A stretch of 40,547 nt of DNA from a virus: IMG/VR virus record IMGVR_UViG_3300045988_136392, positions 1-40,547 of that record; one strand, written 5' to 3'. Positions 24,886 to 34,895 of the stretch are shown one piece after another. The stretch's first letter is position 1. Each line of letters starts with the position of its first letter. Both the position numbers and the translations under genes were made by a program. The notes beneath the pieces are model-generated. The model did no database searches. It saw nothing but the letters and a program-made list of their open reading frames with translations, and was not told the origin of the DNA.

Positions 24886-27402
24886 ATGGCGGCTGACGGC
24901 ACCGTAACAATCAAAGCCATCCTCGATGCCGCCGGGGTTACTGGCGGCATCAGGCAGATAAAGCAGGGTCTAGCGGACGTTAAGGACGCTGCAAGCAAGG
25001 TCACGTTCGAGGAGCTTAAGACTGGCGGCACCAACGCCACTGCCCTAAGCGGATCGTTGAAGAGCCTGGGCGGCACGGTAACGCAGCACGTGACAATGCC
25101 CATCGCAGGCATGGGGGCGGCTATCTTCAAGAGCGCGTCCGACTTCGATACTGCTGCAAGCAAGATGGCGGCTTCTCTCAACCTCCCGAAGGAGACGGCT
25201 GAGGAGTTCGCCCGAATCGGTCAGGGCATCTACACAAACGGCTGGGGCGAATCGCTCGGCGAGGTCAACGATGCTCTCTCTTATACCGCCCAAACGCTCA
25301 AGAACACCAGCGGCAACACGCAGGAATGGCAGAAAGACTGCGAGGTCGTAACGCAGAACGCGCTTGTGATGGCTGATGTTTTCGGCGCTGACGTGAGCGA
25401 ATCCGTGCGCGGCACGAACGCCCTCATGGAAGGCTTCGGCTTGTCGGCGCAGGAAGCAAGCGACCTCATGGCTGCTGGTATGCAGCGCGGATTGAACTAC
25501 ACCGATGAGCTGGGCGATAACCTGTCGGAATACTCCGTCCGCTGGGGCGAAGCAGGCATGAGCGCAAGCCAGTATTTCAGCTTGCTCGAAGCAGGAACCG
25601 CGAACGGCGCTTACAACCTCGATAAAGTCGGGGACTTCCTCAACGAGTTCCTTACGTCACTTTCAGATGGGCGCATGGAAGCGGGGATAGGCGCTTTCAG
25701 CCAGGGAACGCAGGACGTTTTCCGATCATTTCAGCAGGGCGGCGCAACAGCTCAGGACGTGCTGAACGCCGTTGTGGGTGAGCTTGGGTCGATGCCAGAC
25801 CAGTACCAGGCGGCGCAGATTGCATCCGAAACGTGGTCATCGCTCGGCGAGGACAACGCAATGGGGATGATCGAATCGCTTGCGAACGTCTCAGACACCT
25901 TCGGGGACGTTGACGGCGCTGCAAGCGAGATGGCGGACACAATGAGCCAGAGCCTAGGGGCGCAGGCAACGAGCGCGCTCCGCGAGCTGATGGCTGCATT
26001 GGAGCCTTTGGGCGAGCCGTTGGTGAACATCGCCAAATCGCTTGCTCCCGTGGTGAACGGCTTCGCGCAATGGTTCGCATCGCTCGGGAGCGGTGGGCAA
26101 ACCGCAATCGCCGTTATCCTCGGTATCGTTGCGGCGATCGGTCCATTGCTATCGCTTGCTGGAACCGTTATCACCGTCCTACCGATGCTCGGAGGCGTGT
26201 TCGCGGCGATCGCAAGTCCCGTGGGAATCGCAATCGCGGCAGTTGTTGGCGCTATCGCCGTTATCACGATCCTTTGGAACACCAGCGAGGAGTTCCGCAA
26301 CGCGGTAATGGCGATCTGGGACGGCATCTGCCAGGCGTTCTCGGCTGCTGGCGAGTTCATCGGCGCTGCAATCCAGGGCATCGTTGACTTCTTCGTCAAC
26401 CTTGACAACACGATTGCGAGCTTCGCAGGGGCGGTCGTGAACTTCTTCACGGTGACGATCCCCGAAGCGTTCAGCTCCTTCATCGAGTTTTTCGCTTCGA
26501 TCCCCGAAGCAATCGGGGCGTTCCTGCAAACGATCATCGATAGCGTTGTCAACTGGGTTTTGCAGATGGTGCAGAATGCGTACAACGCAGGCTCGCAGTT
26601 CGTGCAGACGATCATCGACTTCTATTCTCAGCTTCCTGGCAGGGTTTGGGAGTTCCTTTGCAGCGTGGTTTCCAACGTTGCGAACTTCGTCTCTCAGATG
26701 ATCGGCAAGGCACAGGAAGTCGGATCGCAGTTCCTTGGGAAGATCGTTGAGTTTTACTCTCAGCTTCCTGGGCGCGTTTGGGCGTTCCTGAGCGATGTCA
26801 TCGGCAAGGCGGCTAGCTTCGTCTCCGAGATGGCGGGGAAGGCTAGGGACGCAGGCTCGCAGTTCATGTCCAACATCGTCAACACGCTATCCCAGATTCC
26901 TGGCATGGTTTGGAACATCGGATCAAACATCGTCAGGGGCATCGTTGGCGGTATTCAGAGCAATATCGGGAGCATTGCCAACACGCTGTTAGGCGGCGTG
27001 AGGAACGCCATCGACAACGTGAAGTCGTTCCTCGGCATTCACTCGCCATCGCGCCTTATGCGTGACCTTATCGGTAAGAACATGGCGCTCGGCTTGGAGA
27101 TCGGCTACGAGCGCAACGACCCGATGGGCGCAATCGTAGACAGCGTCAAAGGCTTCGCATCTGACGTTAAGGGCGGCTTCGATTGGTACGCGAGCAGCAA
27201 GACGCTTGGGTGCTTGCAGACCGTTCCAGCAACGGCGGCGGTTGGAAGCGGTGCGGTGAGCACGACCAACAACAACACCGCGACAAACAACAGTTACACG
27301 TTCAGCGGTGACATCGTAATAAAGTGCGATGACGCTGAGCAGGTTCACGACATGGGCGAGCTTGCCCGTGCGATCATGAAGGCAGGTGGATACCGTGGCT
27401 GA
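24886..27402 (+). CDS. tail tape measure protein
   Basis: 838 aa. Long helical N-terminal part, hydrophobic glycine-rich central segment, repeated ...FYSQLPGRVW.FL.... segments. Confidence 0.9.
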   Translation: MAADGTVTIKAILDAAGVTGGIRQIKQGLADVKDAASKVTFEELKTGGTNATALSGSLKSLGGTVTQHVTMPIAGMGAAIFKSASDFDTAASKMAASLNLPKETAEEFARIGQGIYTNGWGESLGEVNDALSYTAQTLKNTSGNTQEWQKDCEVVTQNALVMADVFGADVSESVRGTNALMEGFGLSAQEASDLMAAGMQRGLNYTDELGDNLSEYSVRWGEAGMSASQYFSLLEAGTANGAYNLDKVGDFLNEFLTSLSDGRMEAGIGAFSQGTQDVFRSFQQGGATAQDVLNAVVGELGSMPDQYQAAQIASETWSSLGEDNAMGMIESLANVSDTFGDVDGAASEMADTMSQSLGAQATSALRELMAALEPLGEPLVNIAKSLAPVVNGFAQWFASLGSGGQTAIAVILGIVAAIGPLLSLAGTVITVLPMLGGVFAAIASPVGIAIAAVVGAIAVITILWNTSEEFRNAVMAIWDGICQAFSAAGEFIGAAIQGIVDFFVNLDNTIASFAGAVVNFFTVTIPEAFSSFIEFFASIPEAIGAFLQTIIDSVVNWVLQMVQNAYNAGSQFVQTIIDFYSQLPGRVWEFLCSVVSNVANFVSQMIGKAQEVGSQFLGKIVEFYSQLPGRVWAFLSDVIGKAASFVSEMAGKARDAGSQFMSNIVNTLSQIPGMVWNIGSNIVRGIVGGIQSNIGSIANTLLGGVRNAIDNVKSFLGIHSPSRLMRDLIGKNMALGLEIGYERNDPMGAIVDSVKGFASDVKGGFDWYASSKTLGCLQTVPATAAVGSGAVSTTNNNTATNNSYTFSGDIVIKCDDAEQVHDMGELARAIMKAGGYRG

Positions 27403-29338
27403 CGCATACAGCTCATGGATCGTTGAGTGGCACGGCGGCAAGACCAGGGCGTATGTTAACGCCTGGGTCGAGAGCCAGACGGACAAGAAGGCTGTTATCA
27501 GAATCCAAGGCTGCTGCAACGCGTGGAGGATCACGCAGTACGGGCGGCGAATCAGAATCTACGTTGACGGAAGGGAAGTCGGCACCACTACCGATGTGGT
27601 GTTCTCGCGCTACGGTGCGGGGAACTTCGGCTGGATCGACAAGCGCGTTACCGTTGATCGCCAGAGGAACGGTCGCAACGTCACATGCTCATGCCTGATC
27701 AAGAAGGAGGTGGTCAACGGCTACGGCGCATCCGGCAAGGACGAGCAGCGCACCGCTTCGGTTAAAGTCTGGGTCGGTGCCGCGATCCTTCGCCCTCCAT
27801 CCAAGCCTGGCAAGCCGAACGTCTCTCGTGGCAAGGCTGGGATCATCAACGTTGATTGGGAGAACAACGCAGCGAACGCCGTCAAAACGCAGGTTCAGCG
27901 CATGGAGTACGGCGGCGATTGGGCAACCGTGCTCAGCTCATCGAGCGTTGTAACGAGCTACAGCGATTCGGTTGGGGCGGGAACGTTCGCATACAGAGTT
28001 CGATACGAGAACGCAGACGGCTACTCTGGCTGGTCTGACGTATCGGAGTTCATCACGAGCCTTCAAGCACCAGCGGTGCCAACGATTATCTCCCCTTTGA
28101 ACGGCGATACTCTCAACATCTCTGACGGCAACCCCACTCTGAGGTTCGCACACAATCCGCAGGACGGCAGCGAGCAGACGGGCGCTCAGGTTCGGTGGCG
28201 AGCCGACACGGAAACCGATTGGCAGACGGTGACGCTAACCACGGAATCGTCCCTGCTGCTCAACGTCATCACCGATGCAACGGTGAACAAGAACATCACG
28301 TGGCAGGTTCGCACAAAGGGCGCATACGATGGCGGGGGGACGGCTGAGAATGCGTGGTCTGCGTGGAGCGCAGCGATCACCTTCTTCATCAGAACGGCAC
28401 CTCAGATTACCGTAAGCGTTGCGGAGAAGATCACCGAGGTTCCCGTCTCCGTGTCGTGGGACTACGAGGACGCAAGCGGCACGCAGGCTTACTATTCCGT
28501 GTCTTTCGTAAACGATGACGGCGTGGTTGTGTACTACGAGCGGTTAGAGGGAGCTGCCACATCGGTCGAGATCAAGCCTACGGACTTCACGCCAGTTCAT
28601 CAGCGCACGTACACGGTCGAGGTTTTGGCAGTGTCCGCAACGAGCCTTCAAGCGGTTGATTCCGCTTCGTTTACGGTCGATTACACCCCGCCAGCTGACC
28701 CAGTGTTCTCCGTGATGCTCGATCCTGACACGCACTCGAACGAGGTCACCGTTTACGACACCCTCAACGCCGTTGCAACCGAGCATTTCAACGTTTTCCG
28801 CGATGGCGAGCTCGTGGCAGACACGCTATACGATGGGCAAAGCTTCGTCGATGTTCTGCCGCCTTTGGACAAACCGATCACGTACCGTGTCGTTGCCTAC
28901 GCTGCTTCTGGCGCGGTTGCCGAAGCTTCGCAGACGGTGAAGGTGCCTTCAAACGGCTTCCTTTGCGTGAACTACGGCGCGGGGAACGCCAAGGTTGCGA
29001 AGATGCGGAGGAACCTGAGCAACCCCGATGGCGTTAAGGGCGAGAAGGTAATCAGAACCGTTGCAAGCTCGAAGCTACCGAAGGTTTTCTACGGAACACA
29101 CAAGACGCGAGAGAACACGGCTAAGGCTGACGTTTGGGCATTTCGCGATGTTCTTGGCGATGGCGATCTGGCAAGCCTTGCGGCGTTCATCGAGCTTGAG
29201 AACCACAACGGGGACGTGTGGCTGAGGTTCCCGTTCGGCGATCTGATCCTCGCAACGATCGACACATCGCACGACATGGACACTGGATCGCGCAACTGGG
29301 CAAGCGTCTCGATCGATTGGCAGGAGGTTTCCCGATGA
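27386..29338 (+). CDS. distal tail protein (Dit) with inserted FN3-like domains
   Basis: Immediately after the tape measure. PPSKPGKPN...FAYRVRYENADGYSGWSD FN3-like units. C-terminus resembles the siphovirus tail-family domain. Confidence 0.55.
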   Translation: MDTVADAYSSWIVEWHGGKTRAYVNAWVESQTDKKAVIRIQGCCNAWRITQYGRRIRIYVDGREVGTTTDVVFSRYGAGNFGWIDKRVTVDRQRNGRNVTCSCLIKKEVVNGYGASGKDEQRTASVKVWVGAAILRPPSKPGKPNVSRGKAGIINVDWENNAANAVKTQVQRMEYGGDWATVLSSSSVVTSYSDSVGAGTFAYRVRYENADGYSGWSDVSEFITSLQAPAVPTIISPLNGDTLNISDGNPTLRFAHNPQDGSEQTGAQVRWRADTETDWQTVTLTTESSLLLNVITDATVNKNITWQVRTKGAYDGGGTAENAWSAWSAAITFFIRTAPQITVSVAEKITEVPVSVSWDYEDASGTQAYYSVSFVNDDGVVVYYERLEGAATSVEIKPTDFTPVHQRTYTVEVLAVSATSLQAVDSASFTVDYTPPADPVFSVMLDPDTHSNEVTVYDTLNAVATEHFNVFRDGELVADTLYDGQSFVDVLPPLDKPITYRVVAYAASGAVAEASQTVKVPSNGFLCVNYGAGNAKVAKMRRNLSNPDGVKGEKVIRTVASSKLPKVFYGTHKTRENTAKADVWAFRDVLGDGDLASLAAFIELENHNGDVWLRFPFGDLILATIDTSHDMDTGSRNWASVSIDWQEVSR

Positions 29339-30447
29339 TCGACATGAACAAGGGAGGTCGAACGACCTCCTGGCGCTTCGTCCGCGTTCGGCGCGTGCTT
29401 GGCTGGAAGTCGGAAGCCTACGAGGACAACGCCTACGAGGAAGTGGGAACCGTAAGCGGCATCACGTCATGCCGAATCGAAGAAGCACAGCTTACGAGCC
29501 TTAAGGTTTCTGGCTCGATCGAATATGTTGACATGCCCGACCTTGGGGATGATCTTCTCCGCGTATACGCCGACATGGAGCTTGACGGCGAGGTTGAATC
29601 CAAATGCTACGGTACTTTCTTCGTTTACTCGAAGAGCGAGGAGATTTGCGAAGGCTCGCACGTGGGAACCGCCGACCTTTACAGCGTCCTTGTGCTGCTT
29701 GAGCAGCGCCTGCTTGAGGGCAATTACTCTGTAGGGGCGGCGTACACGGCTAATTACCTCCCCGTTGTCTCTGAGATGGTCTACGAGGTCGGCTTGCCGC
29801 TGATGCTCACACCAGGCGGCTGGGAGGTTGCAGCAATAAAGACATGGGAGGTCGGAACCTCCTTTCTAGAGATGGCGAACGACATCATGGAGCTTTACGG
29901 ATACGGCTCGCTCAACGTTGACGTTTGGGGGAACGTGATAGCGAAGCCTTACCAAGACCCTGAGACAGCTGTTGCGACCACGGTTTTCAGCGACACCGAA
30001 GAGGACGTTTCGGACGAGACGATCAAACGCGAATGGGACGTTCACGACACGCCAAACGTTGTGGTTGTGCGCTCCAAGCTCAAAGACGATTCAGAGGTAA
30101 TCGGATCGGCTGAGAACGCCGATCCGAACAACCCGTACAGCACGGCGGCGCGTGGGATGCGCATCGTGCGGTTCGAGGAGGTTGAGGGGCTTGAGACGAA
30201 GGCGCAATGCCAGGAGAAGGCTAAGGCGCTGCTGATCGAGGGGATGCAATCAATCGAGCGCCTTACGATCGGTCACGCAGGCAAGCGGTTCAACGCAGGA
30301 GATACCGTTGCAGTTGACTACCAGCGAAGCGGTTTGATCGGGAAATACAGCGCATACAAGCGCAGCGTGAAGGCAACCCCCGACACCGAGAGCGAGACAA
30401 CGATGAGAAGGACGGTGAAGCTTTATGGCAACGTGGCGAAATCCTGA
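29335..30447 (+). CDS. tail-associated/baseplate hub protein (Tal-like)
   Basis: ATGA-coupled to Dit. About 370 aa. Canonical position. Confidence 0.5.
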   Translation: MIDMNKGGRTTSWRFVRVRRVLGWKSEAYEDNAYEEVGTVSGITSCRIEEAQLTSLKVSGSIEYVDMPDLGDDLLRVYADMELDGEVESKCYGTFFVYSKSEEICEGSHVGTADLYSVLVLLEQRLLEGNYSVGAAYTANYLPVVSEMVYEVGLPLMLTPGGWEVAAIKTWEVGTSFLEMANDIMELYGYGSLNVDVWGNVIAKPYQDPETAVATTVFSDTEEDVSDETIKREWDVHDTPNVVVVRSKLKDDSEVIGSAENADPNNPYSTAARGMRIVRFEEVEGLETKAQCQEKAKALLIEGMQSIERLTIGHAGKRFNAGDTVAVDYQRSGLIGKYSAYKRSVKATPDTESETTMRRTVKLYGNVAKS

Positions 30448-30679
30448 TCAGCTCATAAAGGCGGTAGCCGATGCGCTAAAGCCTTTCTTGCGCAGGAATT
30501 ACTGCAAGATCACCACTGGCAAGGTTACGGATACGTTCGATGACGGAACGGCTTCGGTGACGGTGAACGGAAGCTCGCTTATGGCGGTTCGGTGCTGCTC
30601 TTGCGCAAAGGGGAACGTGGTTCTGATCGTCTCGCAGGCAAGCAACCATTACGTCATCGGCGTAAGGCAGGCATCATGA
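30425..30679 (+). CDS. small tail-module protein (84 aa)
   Basis: Coupled ORF. Unknown. Confidence 0.35.
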   Translation: MATWRNPDQLIKAVADALKPFLRRNYCKITTGKVTDTFDDGTASVTVNGSSLMAVRCCSCAKGNVVLIVSQASNHYVIGVRQAS

Positions 30680-31014
30680 TCGATTACGCTTTGCGGCTTG
30701 GCGTTGACAAGCCGATACAGAACAGGACGGTAACGCTGAGGAAGGGCGAGAAGGGCAACGCGCGGCTCACTATGCACGTATACCAGGCAGCCGAGGAGCT
30801 TGACCTGACGCTCTACGATGTGGCGCTTTGCGTCATGCCGCACGGCTACGAGCTGCAATGCTCTGTGCTCAACGGCGAGGTCGTATACGAGGTCGATGAA
30901 ACGCTTACGGCAATCGAGGGAGATTGCAGGGCGTATCTCCGGCTCTCGTATGACGAAACGGACGTGATTACAACGCAAGCATTCGACATTGAGGTAATGG
31001 AGGGCATCGCATGA
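30676..31014 (+). CDS. BppU N-domain-like small baseplate protein
   Basis: Paralogous to the N-terminus of the next gene (MIDYALRLGVDKP...RTVTLRKGEKGNARL vs MRYALTLDLAKPDDVRTIKIRKGEIGSVTL). Confidence 0.45.
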   Translation: MIDYALRLGVDKPIQNRTVTLRKGEKGNARLTMHVYQAAEELDLTLYDVALCVMPHGYELQCSVLNGEVVYEVDETLTAIEGDCRAYLRLSYDETDVITTQAFDIEVMEGIA

Positions 31015-32384
31015 GATATGCGCTTACTCTTGATCTGGCGAAGCCAGATGACGTTCGCACGATCAAGATTCGCAAGGGAGAGATCGGGTCGGTTACGCTC
31101 GCGATCGTTGTTAACGAGGACGGCGAGAAGGTTGACCTGACGCAGTACACGGCTGTACGCTTCTGCGCTTCGAAGCCTGACGGCGTGGTTTTCGAGAAAG
31201 TTTCCGTGATCGAGGACGGCACGGCAACGTACACGCTTCCCGCTTCCCTTGCTTCCGCACGGGGAAAGATCAGCGTAGCGTACGTGATGCTTGAGAAAGA
31301 GGGATACATCGGCACCACGCAATGCGTCTGCTTCGATGTGCTTGATGCTGTCCCGACCGCGCAGGCAGAAGCTGTTTACGTTCCCGAGTTCGAAGAGTTG
31401 AAGGGCAAGCTCGATGATTACGTTGTCCAGTACGCCGAAACCTTCAAAGCCATCGAGAAGGCAGAAGCAGACCGCGCAACCGCTGAGCAGGGGAGGGCAA
31501 GCGCCGAAACCGCGCGAACCGAAGCGGAAGCAGCAAGGGCGCAAGCCGAGGAAGCGCGTTCTTCGGCAGAAAGCGCACGTGAAGCAGCGGAATCGAAGCG
31601 CAGCGCGGCTGAATCGAAGCGAGCAAGCGAGGAGCAGAAGAGGGCAACGGCTGAATCTGGAAGGGTTCAGGCAGAATCCAACCGATCCTCGGCAGAAGGC
31701 ACCAGAAGCACAGCGGAGACGGCGCGAGCGGAAGCGGAAGCGAAGCGCAAGGCTGAGTTTGCGGACATGATCAGCGCAGCGCAGGGGACGAAGCTTCACA
31801 TCTGCGCAGACGGCGAGTTCGGGACTAACGGCGTTCCTACGCTTGCTGGCTCGCCTGGGATCATCTATCTTGTGCCTTTCGGGAAGCAAGGCGAGAACGA
31901 CCGTTACGCAGAGTGGCTATACGTGAACGGCAAATGGGAGAAGATGGGCATCACAGGCTCTAGCTTCGACCCTATCAGCACCGACACCATAGACGCTATC
32001 GCAGGGGGAGCCACCAAGGCAGGTGACGAGGTGGTGAACACCACTGGCTTGAGCTACTTCTTCACAAAGCTGAGCGGCATCTTCTCAAGGATCGGGCATA
32101 AGCACGGCAAAGCCGACATTACCGATCTTGCGGACTGGGCGAAGGCTGATAGCAAGCCGTCATACGCATACAGCGAGATCAGCGGCAAGCCAACGACCTT
32201 CATCCCGTCTATCCACACGCACAGCGCAGAAGACGTTGCGGCTGGAATCCTGCCGATTAAGCGCGGCGGCACTGGTGCTGCAACGGCTCCCGAAGCGTTG
32301 GAGAGCCTTGGGATCACGGTAGGCACTGGCGAACCGCCTGCAACGGGAACCCCTGGCTCTATCTACATCAAGCTCGGGGCATAG
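31011..32384 (+). CDS. baseplate upper protein/tail fibre (BppU-like) with coiled-coil shaft
   Basis: BppU-like N-terminal domain, then SAE(S/T)AR-type coiled-coil repeats, then a C-terminal globular part. Confidence 0.6.
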   Translation: MRYALTLDLAKPDDVRTIKIRKGEIGSVTLAIVVNEDGEKVDLTQYTAVRFCASKPDGVVFEKVSVIEDGTATYTLPASLASARGKISVAYVMLEKEGYIGTTQCVCFDVLDAVPTAQAEAVYVPEFEELKGKLDDYVVQYAETFKAIEKAEADRATAEQGRASAETARTEAEAARAQAEEARSSAESAREAAESKRSAAESKRASEEQKRATAESGRVQAESNRSSAEGTRSTAETARAEAEAKRKAEFADMISAAQGTKLHICADGEFGTNGVPTLAGSPGIIYLVPFGKQGENDRYAEWLYVNGKWEKMGITGSSFDPISTDTIDAIAGGATKAGDEVVNTTGLSYFFTKLSGIFSRIGHKHGKADITDLADWAKADSKPSYAYSEISGKPTTFIPSIHTHSAEDVAAGILPIKRGGTGAATAPEALESLGITVGTGEPPATGTPGSIYIKLGA

Positions 32385-32385
32385 C

Positions 32386-33381
32386 ATGGCATCATTCGCA
32401 TATAAAGATTACCTGAACTGGTGGTACAAGTACGCCGACAGCAACAAGACCAGCGGCGGATCGCAGTTCCGCGTGACGGCCATGCTCAACGTGAAGGAGT
32501 TCGAGGATGGCCGCATGAAGGCGTACGTCAAGGCAACCCTCGTTGTGCTGTCGAACAACTTCGAGGGCGCCAACTGCAACTACGCGCTGACGGTAAACGG
32601 GGAAACCAAGAAGAGCGGGTCTGAGAAGATTTACGCGGCAGGGGACATGCACACGTTCGCCGACAACCTCGACCTTGGATGGTTCGGCAGCGGAACCGAG
32701 ATAAGCATCAGCCTGCGATGCTGGTACACGGGTGGAAGCGGTACCACGTACCAGGCAACGGCATCGTTCAGCAAGGTTGCGAAGGGGTACGACGACTTCA
32801 TGCCGCCAGCGTTCACGGCTGTGATTGGCTCCGCAAGCATTACAGGCAACGTTGAGATGAAGCCAGGCGGCGGTTCTGTGCTCGTCACGGTTCCGCTTTG
32901 CACCGCCGCTCAATGGACTACGCCTGTTGCGCAGCTCGGACAAACATACCGTCCTACGAGCCTGATCATCGACTGTCTTGGAAACTCCCTCGCAAGCAGC
33001 AATACGACTGCGGCTACGTTGAACCTTGACCCAAAGAAGAAGCTCGCCGAGCTGTACGCAGCGAATGGGGGATACGAGGGGTACAGGGATGCAATAAACG
33101 AAGTATTCCCAAACACGCAGTTCGTGCGCGATGTCCCGAAGGGAACGATGGCGCTTGCCCTTCGCCAATATTTCAGCTACGGGAACGATGAGGTTGGGTA
33201 CCTAGGACGCAGCAGGTCTTACTACGTGCTGCTGAACGTGCTCTCAGGGAGCATTGCGGCTTACCCAGAGGACGGATCACCCAGGGAGGCAACCGTATAC
33301 GCGTACGACTCGAGCGGAAGCCTCCAAGAGTGCGAGGTTTACGTGTACGGCGAGGACGGAGCGCCGATCCAGGTGCAGTAG
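32386..33381 (+). CDS. receptor-binding protein candidate
   Basis: Last gene of the tail module after the BppU-like gene. No recognisable enzymatic motif. Confidence 0.45.
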   Translation: MASFAYKDYLNWWYKYADSNKTSGGSQFRVTAMLNVKEFEDGRMKAYVKATLVVLSNNFEGANCNYALTVNGETKKSGSEKIYAAGDMHTFADNLDLGWFGSGTEISISLRCWYTGGSGTTYQATASFSKVAKGYDDFMPPAFTAVIGSASITGNVEMKPGGGSVLVTVPLCTAAQWTTPVAQLGQTYRPTSLIIDCLGNSLASSNTTAATLNLDPKKKLAELYAANGGYEGYRDAINEVFPNTQFVRDVPKGTMALALRQYFSYGNDEVGYLGRSRSYYVLLNVLSGSIAAYPEDGSPREATVYAYDSSGSLQECEVYVYGEDGAPIQVQ

Positions 33382-33605
33382 GACCGAGGCCGTTTGCCGA
33401 TTTGATTGCAACCCAAAAGTTATAAAGCGGTAATAAAACGAAATACAGGCTGGTCATGCTCTATTTTTATAAGCATGGAAATGGAGTACGAAAGACGATT
33501 GCCGAGGCAGTTGATGCGCGGACGGAAGCGAACGTGCAGGCAGCCTAGGTGCGCGCCTACCCACCAGTAAAAGAAAGGGAAACCAAGAAAGTTAGGGGAA
33601 GGGAA

Positions 33606-34274
33606 ATGGTGCGCATTCTGATAGTCGAAGACGATGTGGTTCATGCACGAGAGATAGAGCGTGCGTTGGATGACATAGGGATAAGGCATCTGCATGCAAG
33701 GTGCGCTGAGGAAGCGATAAGGCTGGCAAGGCAGCACCGTATAAATATGTACGTGATAGACATCGATTTGCCTGGTGTAAGCGGATTCACGTTCGCGCAG
33801 GTGGTTAGAGACCATACGAACGCACCAGTGATATTCATGGGCGACATCGATAACGAAGCCCAGAAGGCAATAGGCTTCGAGATCGGAGGAGACGACTTCC
33901 TGGTGAAGCCTTTCGGAATGCTTGAGCTTTCATGCCGCATAAGGGCTATCCTGCGCAGATGCGAGATCAAGCGATATAGTGCCAGTAACGCGTTTAAGCT
34001 GAACCGAGACGATCATACGGTGGAAATCGATGGCAGAAAGATAAGGCTGACGAAACTCGAGTTCGACCTGATGTTCCAGCTCGTTATGGCGAACGGGGCG
34101 ACGGTAAGCAAGCAGACGCTCATTCGCGAGGTGTGGGGAGGAGATTCCATGGCAACCAACGAGGTGCTAAAAGCTCGCATGCATTCCTTGAAACCCAAGG
34201 TTGGCGTGGATCGCATCAAAGCCGTGTACGGCGATGGATACCGCATCATTACCAAATCATCACCGGTTGTGTAA
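33606..34274 (+). CDS. OmpR-family response regulator (REC + winged-helix), orphan
   Basis: REC: MVRILIVEDD..., acceptor Asp in YVIDIDLPGVSG, FLVKPF lysine. C-terminal Trans_reg_C: LTKLEFDLMFQLVMANGATVSKQTLIREVWG...GYRI. Strong RBS. Own terminator. ATA/AGG/AGA-rich codon usage unlike neighbouring genes. Confidence 0.85.
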   Translation: MVRILIVEDDVVHAREIERALDDIGIRHLHARCAEEAIRLARQHRINMYVIDIDLPGVSGFTFAQVVRDHTNAPVIFMGDIDNEAQKAIGFEIGGDDFLVKPFGMLELSCRIRAILRRCEIKRYSASNAFKLNRDDHTVEIDGRKIRLTKLEFDLMFQLVMANGATVSKQTLIREVWGGDSMATNEVLKARMHSLKPKVGVDRIKAVYGDGYRIITKSSPVV

Positions 34275-34315
34275 CCATTGCTTCAAGCGAAAAAACGAAT
34301 ATCTGAACTAACCAG

Positions 34316-34349
34316 GCAAGCCGCCCATCGGGGCGGCTTTCTTCGTTTT
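34316..34349 (+). terminator. Rho-independent terminator after the response regulator
   Basis: CAAGCCGCCC-ATCG-GGGCGGCTT plus T-run. Confidence 0.75.
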
Positions 34350-34359
34350 AGGAGCAGAT

Positions 34360-34840
34360 ATGTTCAACGGATACCAGCCATCGTTCCCAATGCCGTACCA
34401 GATGCCTCAGATGCAGCAACCGCCGCAGCAGGGCATCCAGTTTGTGAACGGCATCGAGTCAGCGCAGATGTACCAGCTGCCGCCGAACAGCCAGCAGATC
34501 CTCATGGACAGGAACCAGGCGCGGTTCTACATGGTGGAAACCGACGCAAGCGGGCAGAAGTCAGTGTCGGCGTACGACTTCCAGGCTGTAGCCGATGCTC
34601 CTACGGAGTACGCCACGAAGGACGACCTAAGGAGCTTGCATGAATCCGTTACTGAGCAGATCAAACGCGCAGTCGAGGCAGCAGCGCCCCGACCTGATGG
34701 GGTTCATCAGCCAAACGAATCCGCAGCAGGCCAGGCGGCAGGTGGAGCAGATGCTTCAAGACGGGCGAATCACGCAAGACCAGTTATCCCAGCTGTTTGA
34801 CCAGGCGAGGCAGATAGGGAAGAGCCTTGGGCTTAAGTAG
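34360..34840 (+). CDS. hypothetical Q/P-rich protein, apparently split into two frames (34360.. and 34640..34840)
   Basis: Two overlapping ORFs. Removing one base near the GCGCCCCGAC run (about 34688-34697) would fuse them. Confidence 0.35.
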
Positions 34841-34895
34841 CCACCTAACTCGCGAGAGGTGATTTATATGCAAATCTTAGAAGAAGGAGCACGAA

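Noticed and set aside
25752-26615. 287-aa minus-strand ORF and other minus ORFs inside the tape measure gene
   Set aside because: They are antisense to the 838-aa tape measure gene, which has the expected repeat architecture and position.
30846-31889. 347-aa Cys/Arg-rich minus-strand ORF
   Set aside because: It is antisense to the BppU-like fibre gene and mirrors that gene's coiled-coil repeats.
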